A stretch of 64,000 nt of DNA from Squalus acanthias (lineage: Eukaryota). Where the stretch lies: assembly GCA_030390025.1 (NCBI GenBank), contig CM059432.1, positions 28,770,001 to 28,834,000 on the forward strand. Reading direction: 5' to 3'. A model generated the notes under the pieces. The model had not been told where the DNA came from and did no database searches. It worked only from the letters and a program-made list of their open reading frames with translations. The position numbers were made by a program, and so were the translations under genes. Below are positions 48,531 through 60,834 of the stretch, piece after piece. The number at the start of each line of letters is the position of its first letter. The first letter of the stretch is position 1.

Positions 48531-51500
48531 TTTTTGTATAGATTGTCTTCTGACTTGATCTTTGAAATCAATCTGCACTATATTTGCTGTGAAGCAAAGT
48601 AGATAGCTTCACATTTACACAAGATGACAGATGACTACTGAACTTTAAAAAAAAATAATGCTGGGCGTTTTTCTGCTGGCTACCTTAGATTGGACCTAGA
48701 TCAAAGCAGTTTGCTCTAGGATCTTGGCTAAAAAACACAAAGGCTGCTGTTTCTGCCTCGTTCTGTAGGCTGATTTAGAGATCCTGCTAATAGTACTTGC
48801 AAACTTCAAACATTTCCATCAGTTTTCAATGAAAAAGCCCCCTCATTGAAGGGCATCTGCAGCAGCTTTGTCTGCAACTTAGAGATGCATGGCCATACAA
48901 GTCATTCATCAAGATTTCTGTGTTAAGCTGCTACATCTACAAAGCTGCAGTTGTGAGATGGTCTGGAGGAGGTCCTCCAGCAGCTACAGGAATGGCTCAC
49001 TGGCAGGGCTTTGAATGTCAATTATTACAACCTGGAGCAGAGCTACTTGCTTATAAAAGATGAGCAATGAATCTAAAACCAGGTTATCTTGAATAGGGCA
49101 GACTCCTTAGTGAAGACTTTTTGACCCCACAAATTATGTCCCAGCTGAAGATCTTGTCACAAAGAAATAGAATCTGGTACACTTCTCTAGTTTGGTGGCA
49201 GGAATTATGTATATACAGGCTAATTAGTACACTCAATTTAAGTCTATGTGCCGCTTCCACACATCTATCCAGACCCTCTTGCGCATAGATGAGTTAAAAC
49301 CTGTAAAGATCAAAGAAGTTGACCATTAAGAGATCTGCAGCAAATGGCTCTAATCCCAGGGTAAGGACAGGCTGCCTGAATGAGGCCCTTAGTATTTGAG
49401 GAATCGCCAGGCCTCTTGGCTCTCTGGTGCCAAGACGAAACTCTTCCTTCCACAGGATCTCAGGACTGTCTTGATGCCAAGGTGAACTCCATCACTGCTG
49501 ACTGACGTGGCAGACAGAATGAGAAAATGGAATTGCCATTGCAAATCATTAGTACTGATCAGATCAAAGAGTGTACAAAGACTTTGTTGCAGCTGGTATT
49601 AAGCTGGCTCTTTGGGCAATTAGCCTGCGGCATAACTGAATTAGAATTGTGCATAACCAAAGTTTTGATGGGACAGAGGGGGGCCCAGCACCTTCTCCTT
49701 ACCAATTTTACTTCCGTGTTTAACACGTTTTTCACAGTCTTAGCAAAAAAAGACACACTTTATAAGCAGCCATGTCATGTGTACCACAGAATGCAGAATC
49801 ACAAGAGTCTCTGACCATAAAAGCTCAGGTGTAAGTCAATGTTTGTTGCCTCCATACACTGAAACATTTAAAAAAAAAAGGAATTCATCACGTGGCAACA
49901 GAACCAGACCATACCAACAATCAAAAATATTGCTAGGGATGGAGTGAGGTCAAAATGTTTTTCAAAGGTGAGATAACATGATTTAAAACCATGGGTTCAT
50001 TTTTTGCAGAGGTATGGGAAAGATCATGCACTGTTAAATGTTATGACATCACAAGCACCAAGCAGAAGGGAAATGGTCTGTCCAGGGGTAGGGAGTATTA
50101 CTTTTTAGTCGAAGCACTGAAGAAAGTAGCAAGATTGATTTGAGTTTCAATTTTAATCCCTAGCATGAAAGCCCTTAGGTAGGCCAAGTGTCACCAATTA
50201 CGGAGAGCATTCCAGTGGCTCCACTGCAAGAGCAGAAGAAACAACATCACCAGCCTGATGGCCACCCCAGAGACACCCAATCCCCCAGGAAACGGTGTCA
50301 ATAGACTGGAAAGTCAACATCACTAGCTTGCAGTCTGGTCTGGAGTTAGGTGGCCCGAGAAAAAGTTTCAGGTCATTTGAATTTATATCGTTTGTAAGAG
50401 ACAAGCAGGTACAAAGATCATCACTGGAGCTGCACAACAGAGATGCAGATTGTACTCAAGGATCTCCATATCATCAGCAAGAAATTTGGCATTTTTTTAA
50501 AATAAAAATTACAATCCATATATTACTTTATTTTATAAAATTGGTTAGTACCATGAACAAAAATCATCTCTCACCTTTAACAAAGCATAGTACCTTGACT
50601 TTACAGAGCAGAGTAAAGAACAGTACAGAGGTATGGCTTCTGCCATCCCCAGAAGTACTTGAGGATGAAGAATTAAAATCATAAACTGTTTCGATTTACC
50701 ATAATTGTTTTGAGTTAAAGATTAGACCACAAACTCACCATCATAGACATTATTCTTCATCTACTGGAAAGGCAGCTTTTGAAGCCTATATAGGCAATAT
50801 ATTGGGGCGCCGAAAACGGATATGAACTGCTCTCAAGGTAGTCTACATCATCTCTGGGAGAAACTCCACAGCTACCAAGAGGTGCAGCACAAAATTAACA
50901 TGCAGCAACAGCACAAAGCTATGTTTAACAGACATTGTACATTAAATTTCATTGCCTGTGAAGCACTTAGAGATGTTCCTTGGAGCTGCGATAAGGCACT
51001 ATAGAAATAAAAGTTTCCTTTAAAGCCATTTATAAGGAGCTACATGAGGTCATTAAATTGGAGGGAACCTTTCCTAATGGTATCATCATGAATACCTACT
51101 GGTTTTCATTATCTTGTGCTTACACTATTTTCTGATGTGGACTCACACAAGCAATCCCTTCCCACACCCTCAAAAGCTCAAACCTAAAGTGCCGGTGTGG
51201 GTCATATACAATCTTCAGTGAATAGTGAGTCAGCAGTTTGTAGGATGCATTGATGTCATCGTCATTCAAGCTGCCATTCGTCTTCTCATTACCCCCCAAC
51301 GTGGCTACACTCAAAGTGGCGGACCTGGTGACGCAAGGAAACGGAGCTCCATAATTCAGCTTTTAAAATTTTTGGCAAAAAAAATCTACCAATTGCTATA
51401 ATTTAAAAAAGGAAAATAAAGTTCCACTTTATCTAGCAATCATAATGTAAAAGAACAGATCAGATGATTAAAAGGATTAGTGATGCTGCTCTGCAGTTTA

Positions 51501-52234
51501 ACAACAGGCATAAATGTAATGCCACAGTACGTAGTGTTGCAGTTTGATTCCATATAGCAAGAAATGTGCCATATGAGTGGTGTTAATATTTGTCTTTGAG
51601 GCAATTATTAGTGGAGTCAGAGACAAATCACTTTCATGTCAGTTTTGGCAGGAGACCATCTGTTCCTCTATTCTATCAGTGAATTATCTACTCTGCAAAC
51701 TAGTGTTTTGGAGTAAGAACGTCAATTAGGGGAGCTTTGTTCTAGGTCCCTATTCTCATTAAGACCAAAGTTGAAACTGCTCCAATTCATTTCAATCAGG
51801 CCCCTTAGAGCCAGCAGTTCCTGGTATCTTTAGTCTGTGGCAGATTCAAACTCAGGTCAAGCGATGAAAAGACAGTATGCTGCTTCACTGGACCGCCCAG
51901 GATTAGATTGGAGATATTAAGTTAAACCCATCGCCCACAGTACACACGACCCAAAAGCACTCAATACATTGGGAGTTTCAACCTGCTGCGACACAAGACA
52001 CTTTGGGGGTTTACCATCCTCTGGTTACAGACTGTTTAACAACTTTGCATAAAATTCCTTTTTGTGCTATTTAACAGGTCAATAACTACAAGTTAAAAAG
52101 AAATCACAAACACATTAAACCAGGCCACTACAGGAAATTAAAGCTCTCTGGAAGCAGTAGCTGCTACACCAAGACACTTAAAACAGACAGCAGCGGTGAC
52201 AATTTATCGTCTCGTCATGGAGCGAATCATTATA

Positions 52235-52650
52235 TAGAATCATATAGAACAAAATGCGTCCATTCGGCCCATCATACCTGTGCCGGCTCTTTGGAAGAGC
52301 TATCCAATTAGTCCCACTCCCCTGCCCTTTACTCGTAGCCCTGCATTTTTTTCCTTTTCAAGTATGTATCCAATTCTCTTTTGAAAGTTACTACTGAATC
52401 TACTTTTACCATCCTTTCAGGCAGTGCAGTCCAGAACATTTCTCGCTGTGTAAAAAATTTCTCATCTCCCCCCTGGTTCTTTTGCCAATTATCTTAAACC
52501 TGTGTCCTCTGGTTACTGACTCTCCTCCTGCCAGTGGAAACAGTTTCTCATTATCTACTCCAGCAAAACTCCTCATAATTTTGAACACTTCAATTAAATC
52601 GTCTTAACCTTCCCTGCTTGAAGGAGAACAATCCCAGCTTCTCTTGTCTC
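52235..52650 (-). mobile_element. CR1 3' fragment
   Basis: FKIMR...EKLFPLAG...RGHRFK. Confidence 0.82.
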
Positions 52651-53174
52651 TACATAAATTTAATTAATTAAATATCTCTATTTACTAACCTGGGAGTATA
52701 CCTTTAATCACTAGGCCCTATACTACTATGACCAAAATATTGTTCAGTGCGCTAGAGAATCAAACTTGATAGCAGTCTAATTACTGGTCTGGTGAAAGCT
52801 GGGACCCTGCGGTTTCATCGGGCTCCACAGTGCCACTGGAGGGTTGCAATTGTCTTCACTATTTTCAGCAGCTTTTGATGAAAAGTTCTCAGTTCTTTAA
52901 AGACCTCACTTTCAATATGGGCAAGCTGAAAACGGTGCAACCAAGCATCTCTTCCACCCACTCCATCATTTCCCCATTTTCCAGTCAATTAAATCTCACA
53001 CACAAGACATATAGTGAGGCTATCACATCGCCTCAGGAGTGAAAGGACAGAGGGTTTCAGGGGTTAACCAGCATAAAATAAATTAAAAATGCTTTGAAGA
53101 CAGTATTACCAGATAACCTTTTTGTTTCTCGAGAACAATCCCACCTGACTACAGAATTGAAAGTTGTAACCTAC

Positions 53175-53305
53175 CTTTTTCCTGCAAAATGTGCTTTCTG
53201 AAGAACAGAAACTGTGCATCTTAAAGTCCTCAAAGATAAATAAGTGTGCTTAATGTTGAAGTTAGCAAAGGCTAGTTTTGTTACAGCAGCCACACATCTG
53301 AACAT
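53175..53305 (-). CDS. TOP1MT: Candidate alternative first coding exon encoding a mitochondrial targeting presequence (MFRCVAAVTKLAFANFNIKHTYLSLRTLRCTVSVLQKAHFAGK+R)
   Basis: ATG at 53305-53303; 131 nt open (43 codons + 2 nt); donor AAG|GTAGGT; phase 2 fits the 44792 acceptor (AG+G = Arg, then WEEE). No Asp/Glu; rich in R/K/L/A/S/T. Confidence 0.75.
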
Positions 53306-53638
53306 AACAAAACACTGTCGTTGCAGAGATCCCCAGAGGTTAGCTTACTTCAAAACACACTGCACTGAAAAAGAAAACCCCCACACATAAAACACTCGCT
53401 TCACTCATTACTGCTACATTTTGAACTTTCAACCTGGAAACAGTTCCTGTGGTCCTGCTAATTTTTTCCCCTACAGACAACACATTTCTGCACATGGTAA
53501 CTGATCCTACAGACTAGCACAAGCCTCGCTTTCAGTTCCTAGTGAATGAGTGTTTTTTTTGTGCGTGTGTGAGTGAACAGGGAGGAGAGAGAAAACAGGG
53601 TGATGAAGAAAAAGGAATAAACAGCCTCACTTATTGTT

Positions 53639-53674
53639 CATGATGCGGAGATGCCGGTGTTGGACTGGGGTGGA
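53639..53674 (-). mobile_element. 36-bp Penelope-like terminal micro-insertion
   Basis: atgatgcggagatgccggtgttggactggggtgga, identical to the 3262 copy end; 11-bp TSD cacttattgtt (53628-53638, 53675-53685). Confidence 0.75.
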
Positions 53675-53920
53675 CACTTATTGTTGACAGTTTCAAAGTG
53701 AAAAACAAATACTTTTCAACTCAATAGCAATTAGATTTATTTTAGAATTTTTGTTCCTTTACAAACTCTCAGGCAGTTTCTAGACCCTGTCATAAATGCG
53801 GTGTCAATTTGAAAGTAATGCAAGGCAATTTTATTTAACCAATTTTCTTTCTGTAGATCTTACACATATTGAAAGAATCTTATAAATCTCTCAAAAAATA
53901 AAGTGGAACAGGGTCTCAAA

Positions 53921-54340
53921 TGTCAGCCTTGGCTCAGTAGTAGCACTCCCACGAGTCAGAAGGTTGCGAGTTCAAGCCCCATTCCAGAGACTTAAGCACA
54001 CAATCTAGGCTGACACCCGAGTGCAGTACTGAGGGAGTGCTGCACTGTCGGAGGTGTCGTCTTTCATGAGGCGTTAAACCTCTCAGGTGGACATAAACAA
54101 TCCCATGGCACTATTCGAAGAGCAGGGAAGTTCTCCCAGTGTCCTGGACAATATTTATCCCTCAACCAACACCTAAAACAGATAATCTGATCATTTATTT
54201 CATTATTGTTTGTGGGACCTTGTGCGCAAATTGGCTGCCGCGTTTCCTACATTACAACAGTAACTACACTTCAAAAGTACTTAATTGGCTATAAAGTGCT
54301 TTGGAACATCCTGAGGTCATGAAAGGCAAGTCTTTCTTTC
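53921..54340 (+). mobile_element. Full-length tRNA-derived SINE with central domain and L2-like tail (DeuSINE-like)
   Basis: A box TGGCTCAGTAG, B box GAGTTCAAGCC; 3' ...taattggctataaagtgctttgg...gaaaggcaagtctttc; other copies in the window. Confidence 0.85.
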
Positions 54341-54725
54341 ATGCAGGAACCTCTTTTAATGTAAAGAAACCACAAATTTAACAGGGAAGGAGAGTCTAAT
54401 GGCCAATTTTGGTGGGGGTGGGGTGTAAAAAGAGAGGCTGGTGATTTTATATTGTTACTCTCTCTTCCCCCTCTTTTCCACCTCTTGCATTTTAAATTGC
54501 GAAAACAGGCTTATTAAAAATCTAATGCATTAAAATACCCCTCTCAACCCATAGCAAGGTGGGTATATCTCTGCTCCCAATCCCACTTATTTTTGAGGCA
54601 CTGCACAGAGGTTGTACAAGAAGAGAAATAATGAATGCATCAAAAGGTAACATAAAATTAAAAAAAAATTGAAGATGGTACTATTGCACAATAACTCTTC
54701 CCCATCCCAAACCAATTAATCTCAC

Positions 54726-54895
54726 CATTTCCATTTATCTGCATCTTTTTTCTTCTCTTCCTCCCCTTTCAATTGGGTCTTGCTTTTATCACGCTTCAAT
54801 TTCTGCTTTGACCCCTTCTTCTCTTTGACCTCGATCTTCACGCTCTTCTTTACCTTCTCTGATTCCCTTCTTGATGCCTTGCTTGCAGATGATGT
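54726..54895 (-). CDS. TOP1MT: Topoisomerase IB gene, Lys-rich N-terminal exon (170 bp; TSSASKASRRESEKVKKSVKIEVKEKKGSKQKLKRDKSKTQLKGEEEKKKDADKWKW)
   Basis: AACAG acceptor, TG|GTGAG donor, open frame. Joined to the 44792 exon it gives KWKWWEEE, the TOP1 N-terminal/core junction motif. Confidence 0.9.
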
Positions 54896-55585
54896 CTGTT
54901 TTGAAATTAAAAATAAAAACTTTTTTTTTTTTAAAAATGAGCATTTTTCATGGTATTCAGGAGCACAGTAAGAGAGGACAAAACAAAAAGGTTACTGCTG
55001 TCCATTTTAGTGAAGTTTCTTTTTCCCTCTTTCAGGAAGAAGTACCGAGAACAAATACTGCAGCGTATATTTCCTGGTTACTAAGAAAGGAACATATCTT
55101 TATTGTGGCAAACTGATCTTATTCAGCCAAGCTACTAAGTTCAAACCATCCCTGAAAGCCACTGAGCACAAGGTAATTCATTCAATCTTCTCTCTCATTT
55201 CTGTAGTGCTTTACTTACTTCGTTATTCATTCATTTTGAAATAACATTCGGGTGAACTTTATCTTGGGGTCCGGGGGGGGGGGGGGGAATGACAGCACTG
55301 GTAGGGAATACTACACTACTTTTGGTGCCCAGAATGCACAAACATTCCCAAGCACAGAATAGCCAGTTGCAAAAAGTAATTTGACAATAAATCCTCAGCC
55401 TCATCTCCACAGCCTCACACTACCTCATCAGCATTTATCCCTGCAAGCACCCTCCACTTATCAACACCACCTACTCCTCATCTCCCACTCCATCAGCAGC
55501 AGCTGCACCTTCAAACAATATACCCCCACCCTCTGAACTCCCTCACCCAGCACCTCCATCTTCACCTCCCACCCTACATTCAGAT

Positions 55586-56250
55586 ATAGTAGTGTAGTGC
55601 TCATGTTACTGGACCAGTAATCCAGAGGCCTGGACTAATAATCCAGACAATGTGAGTACAAATACTACCATTTGAGAATTTGAATTCAGTTTTAAAATAT
55701 CTGGAAATGAAATGCTGGTATCAGAAAAAGTGACCTTGAAGCTGATGAATTGTCGTAAGAACCTGCTGGTTTACTAATATCTTTCCAAAGGACATTACAC
55801 CGTCCTTACCTGGTCTGGCCTATATATGACTCCAATCCCATACCAATGTGGTTGACGTTTAACTGCCCTCAAAAGGTGACCTAGTAAGCCACTCCATTGT
55901 ATCTCGCCACCACCAGCGCAACAATGTACCCCACCTAGAAGATGCACTGCAGCAACTCGCCAAGGCTTCTTCGACAGCATCTCCTAAACCCGCAACCACC
56001 AGCACCTAGAATGACAAAAGCAACAGGCACATGGAAACACCACCACCTCCAAGTCCCCCTCCAAGTCACACACCGTCCTGACTTGGAACTATATCACTTT
56101 TCCTTCATAGGCACTGGGTCAAAATCCTGGAACTCCCTACCTAACAGCACTGTGGGAGTACCTTCACCACACAGACTGCAGCGGTTCACCACCACCTTCT
56201 CAAGGGCAATAAATGCTGGCCTTTCCAGCAATGCTCACATCAAGAATGAT
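55586..56250 (+). mobile_element. Internally deleted (SINE-sized) derivative of the tRNA-headed LINE
   Basis: Same head and central domain as 38061-38350, joined to the same 3' end as about 40850-41190. Confidence 0.8.
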
Positions 56251-56850
56251 TTTTTTTTAAAAACTCACAGGGGAGGTGCTGAGCAGAATCAGATGTTTCC
56301 CTCCATCTAAGAAGGAAGGGAGTGTCTGGATGGATCCTGGGAGATCAAAGCTAACTTATACCCATGTGTAACTTTCTCAAGATCCAGCTGAGTACCTTTT
56401 CAACCAGGCCCATTTTACCAGCAGAACTGTCAAGAGTGCAATATTGCAATTTTGAGGGAAAGCTTCAGGTGTCTCATCAGTCTGGGGATGTTCTATACTT
56501 TCACCTGGCTAAGATCTCAAGTAGGGTATGTTCAATAGCTTTGCCTTAAGGAAAGACCTCCTCTCAGAGGCCTTTGACGAGGAAGACAATCAAACGCATT
56601 GATGGATTAGCCAGATAAGCAGTAGCTGCCTAGAGGATGTGAAGTTTCTGGCTGCAAAATATTTGAGCCCATATATCAGGTCCTTCTCTTGATTGTTACC
56701 TCTGTCCACTGCACGAGTAAGCTGTTCAATCTTCCCTTTTCCACCATAATTATTTCATAAAGATAGACACTTCTCTGCATGCATCAAGTCACTTGGATCC
56801 CATTAATGCTACCTCATCAAAGCCACTTCCAAATATTGACAATAAACCAT

Positions 56851-57533
56851 GGGGGAAAAATTCAGTTGCTTTGCGCCTTGTTAGCACCCTAAGAGGGCGC
56901 TAACGGGGCACAACGCAACTAGCGCCCGGGCGCGGCGCTGCCAATGCCTCCTGTGAAATTCAGTGGGAGGTTAGCAGTAGCGGTAACAGTTAGCGCCCCG
57001 TGGCGCTGTGCCGCCGGCGATGACTTCATCGCCGTGCGCAACACCCCGGCCGCGATCTCCGGTAGTGCCCCCTGACTTACCGTCGGACGCTATGTCCGAT
57101 GGGGTCAGGGTGCCTACCTGCAGCCGGGGCGGCGCTAGTTAAAGGGGAGGTGGCGGGCGCCTGCCAGCACCTGCCCCCATTGCTGCCCCCCCCCCCCCCC
57201 ACAGGGTGCCGGCTGCTCTCCGTGAGCCCGGCACTCCGAGTGCCGGGCTCGTTTGCCGGCACTCCCGATGCCTTGTGGCCCAGCTGGGCGCCGGGACGCG
57301 CTGCGCCAGGCCCCTCCCCTTTAATAAGGGGAGGAAGGCCTGCAGTACCGCGGCGTGACGTGCCGCAGCGCCACGATATTGCCTCAGTGTCCCAAGAGGG
57401 ACGCGGGGCGCTTCCAGTAGCGCCCCTCCTCCCTCTCGGGGCGCTACCTGGGAAAATTGGCCACGGGGGCGCTAATTTTTTTTGGGGTGGTAAAAGTAGC
57501 GCCCTGATGTTAGCGCGACTCAATTTTTCCCCC
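56851..57533. mobile_element. GC/CpG-rich MITE, PIF/Harbinger-like
   Basis: TIR gggggaaaaatt(c/g)agt; 3-bp TSD cat (56848-56850, 57534-57536); repeated tagcgcc/ggcgcta subterminal motifs. Confidence 0.8.
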
Positions 57534-59399
57534 CATGTCTGCAAAATATTTTTCCCCCCATGTCTGCAAAATATTAATCAAAACCCAGACTGTAAATGTG
57601 CCTACCGTTTCTTTTCAATGTGTTGCCTTTTAGTACCAGTATAGGATGTATAATCTCTCATACTATGATTCATGCTTCTCCGGGTGCTACACAAGTGGAC
57701 GAGGTCTTATATGGCTTATGGCATGGAGGTGACCCTCTCATCGGTCAGCCAAGTCCCGCGATGGACCTATTGCTTCTGTTGTATGCGCAAGGGCAGTTGG
57801 GTCCTGCTTCCTTTCTGCCACATGTGTAGGCATCTCAGGGGTATGATGGGAAGGCATCCATCAGTTGCTACCCTGAGAGACTGCACCATCATGTAAATAC
57901 ATTCTTGCCATCCCACTAGTACTCGGCTCTGGATATGCTCGGCCACTGATTGGGAAAGGAGACATAATGGTACCGATCAGATCGGTAAAGTCCTCAGAGA
58001 GGGTGGTCTACAATCTGTCAAAGCCAAAGGAGGTAGCCCTCTCCAATATGGCACCCAGGGCCTCTGTGGGAACCTAAAGAGTGCATGTTCGTAGGTTAGC
58101 AGAATGAAAGGATCAGGTTCAGCTGAACCTGATCCTGTCCTCACTTGACACTCACACAAGTATACCGTCAAGCAGGGGGCTGACCTGCTCCAAAGCTTAT
58201 CGAAGTCAGCTGATAAGATGTGCACGAACACAAACCTGGCTGACTCTCCCGCAGATTTCCCCAACCTGCCCTTCATTTAGTATTCCTCCACCCCAATCCA
58301 TTAATTCTTCGCCACAGAGCCACTGCTGTTATTGAAAACTCAGCATGTGGAAGACCTGTGTCCCACCACTTTGCAGCATTGTCAACCCAGTGAGTCAAGG
58401 TTGGCTCCTTCCCTGTCTCTCCTGAATGTTTACAGATGAAGCATCACTGGAGAATGCAATCAACAATGGAGACAACAATGATCCAGGGATACAACATGCT
58501 TAATTTTGATGGCATTCCATCAGTGCGGTACCTGAGACTCCAACATTAATTCGGACATGGTGTTCCAACTGACAGGAACAGGAAAAAGAAACGAGAATCC
58601 TGTAGATCTTCTACTTCCCACACAAAAATTCTCATTACTATTTTAACATCCTTGTTCAATCTACTCCAATCCCACTGTTCAGGTTCAGCGTCCTTCTCCA
58701 ATTGCTTGCTGTGCCATTTTAAAGAACAGGCCCTCAGGTCTCATTTGAGAATCAAAAAATGAAAACAAAAAAAAGATTGTAAAGGGTTTGCAAATTAGTA
58801 CAAGCAAATCAGTAGTTTAAAAAAAAAATCCACACATACTTGTGTGGTAAAAAAAAAATCAATGAGAAGTTTTTAAAAAAAGGTTATACATATACTCCTG
58901 CAGGTATGACTACATCACAATAAAATAGCAACATCACAAAGTGCCTAAAACTTAACAGTTTTAGCTCATACTGATTTTACATTTACAAAAGTTGTGAATG
59001 TTTTTAATGGACTGAGACTATGATAGTCAGCTAAAAGTGGGCTAATAGCTCCACTCAAGAAGTGACCTTATCACTTGTGACTGATCGGCTAGCTTCAATT
59101 GTGGTGTTCTTCACTGTGTCATAGCCCTTCGTCCTGTAATATTCAGTATAACTAATGAATTCAGGATACCTACTACATTTCAGAACAGTCAGTTAGAACA
59201 TTGTGCTCTTTAGGAGCTACCCAGAATGTGACCAAACATCTCTTCTATCCTGCATGACAGAGTTTAGCCCAGCTTCAGACAGTTTTTTAGGTTTATGTAC
59301 CAAAACACACAAAACTGCCCTATAATTCAGCAACTCACTTAAAATATCCCATAACAATAGAAACGGTGGAAATGGGAAGGTCACCATAAAGGCCATTTA

Positions 59400-60272
59400 G
59401 AGTCATAGAATAATACAGCACAGAAGGAGGCCATTCACCCCATCATGCCTGTGCTGGTTTGAACGAACTATCCAATTAGTCTCACCCTCTTGCTCTTTCC
59501 CCATAGCCCTGCAGATTTTTTACTTTTAAAGTATATATCCAATTTCCTTTTGAAAGTTACGAATGAATCTGCTTCCACCACCCTTTCAGGCAGTGCATTC
59601 CAGATCATCATAACTTGTTGCATAAAAATGTTTTCTGGTCAACTCTCCTCCGGTTCTTTTGTCAATTATCTTAAATCGGTGTCCTCTGCTTACCGACCCT
59701 CCTGCCAGTGGAAACAGTTTCTCCTTTTTTACTCTATCAATACCCTTCATAATTTTGAATACATCTATTAAATCTCCCTTTAACGTTCTCTGCGCCAAGG
59801 AGAACAATCCCAGCTTCTCCACATAACTGAAGTTGCTTAGCCCTGATACCATTCTAGTAAATCTCCTCTGCACCCTCTACAAGGCCTTGACATTCTAAAG
59901 TGTGGTGCCCAGAATTAGACAAAACACTCCAGCGGAGGACGAACCAGAGATTTATAAAAGTTTAGCATAATTTCCTTGCTTTTGTACCCTATGTCTCTAT
60001 TTATAAAGCCAAGGATCCTCTAATTTTTTTTTATTTTTTTTTAAAACAGCTTTCCCAACTTGTCCTGCCACCTTCAAAGATTTGTGTATGCAAACCCCCA
60101 GGTCTCTGTTCCTGCATCTCCTTTAAAATTGTATCATTTGGTTTATATTGCCTCTCCTCATTCTTCTTCTCAAAATGAATCACTTCACACTCTGCTGTAT
60201 TAAAATTTCACCTGCCAGTTGCCTGCCCATGTCTGTCTATGGCCTCCTGAATTCTGCTACTATCCTCCTCAC
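59400..60272 (-). mobile_element. CR1 3' fragment
   Basis: QRRFTRMVSGL...GDLIDVFKIMKG. Confidence 0.87.
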
Positions 60273-60834
60273 TTGTCAGATGTGGGAAGGAATAGGATAG
60301 GTGACTAGTTCATGCACCTCAAGAGCCCTCCCTCTCCCAGTGTGATATATTAATTTCTTGCATCAGCCATCCTTGTGATGTCTGAGGGAACATACTATTT
60401 GGACAGTTTTGTATTTTGGATCGGAGTTGATTCATCCACAGACATTTTGCATAGGGTGCCCGTTTGGGGAAAGAGAGGGAGAGATCTCCATTTGTGTGGA
60501 TTAATCCTCAAGGTCCTAGAAAAGACAGTATATAACCATAAGCAGCAACTGCCCCAGATATGCTTAACCCTACATTTAAGACACTGTACTAAGTGCAGCT
60601 TCTTAAGAGTGCTACAGTGAAGAGTCTTCAATTTTAAAAGGTAATGCAAAAAATCAAGGCAATATTTTTTTTAATGATTAGCTAAAGGCAAACAATTTCC
60701 TAAGTTAGAAACATTCCGCCAAAAAGCAGAGAATCATTCTGAAGATTATTTTGTGTGCATGTTTCTCCCCAACAGTTCGAGTAGCTTTCTAATACCTGAC
60801 CTGTGACTTTTTGTCATGCGCTGACAATGGGTCA

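Noticed and set aside
48600..49500. Coding-like, non-repetitive stretch (also 45560-46020 and 56260-56820)
   Set aside because: No sustained frame, splice pattern or motif I can recognise; may be ancient repeat debris and would need BLASTx
53921..54000. tRNA gene
   Set aside because: The A/B boxes belong to a SINE head followed by SINE body and tail; no complete cloverleaf seen
57077..57644. 155- and 181-aa ORFs
   Set aside because: Stop-poor GC-rich MITE interior; no recognisable domain
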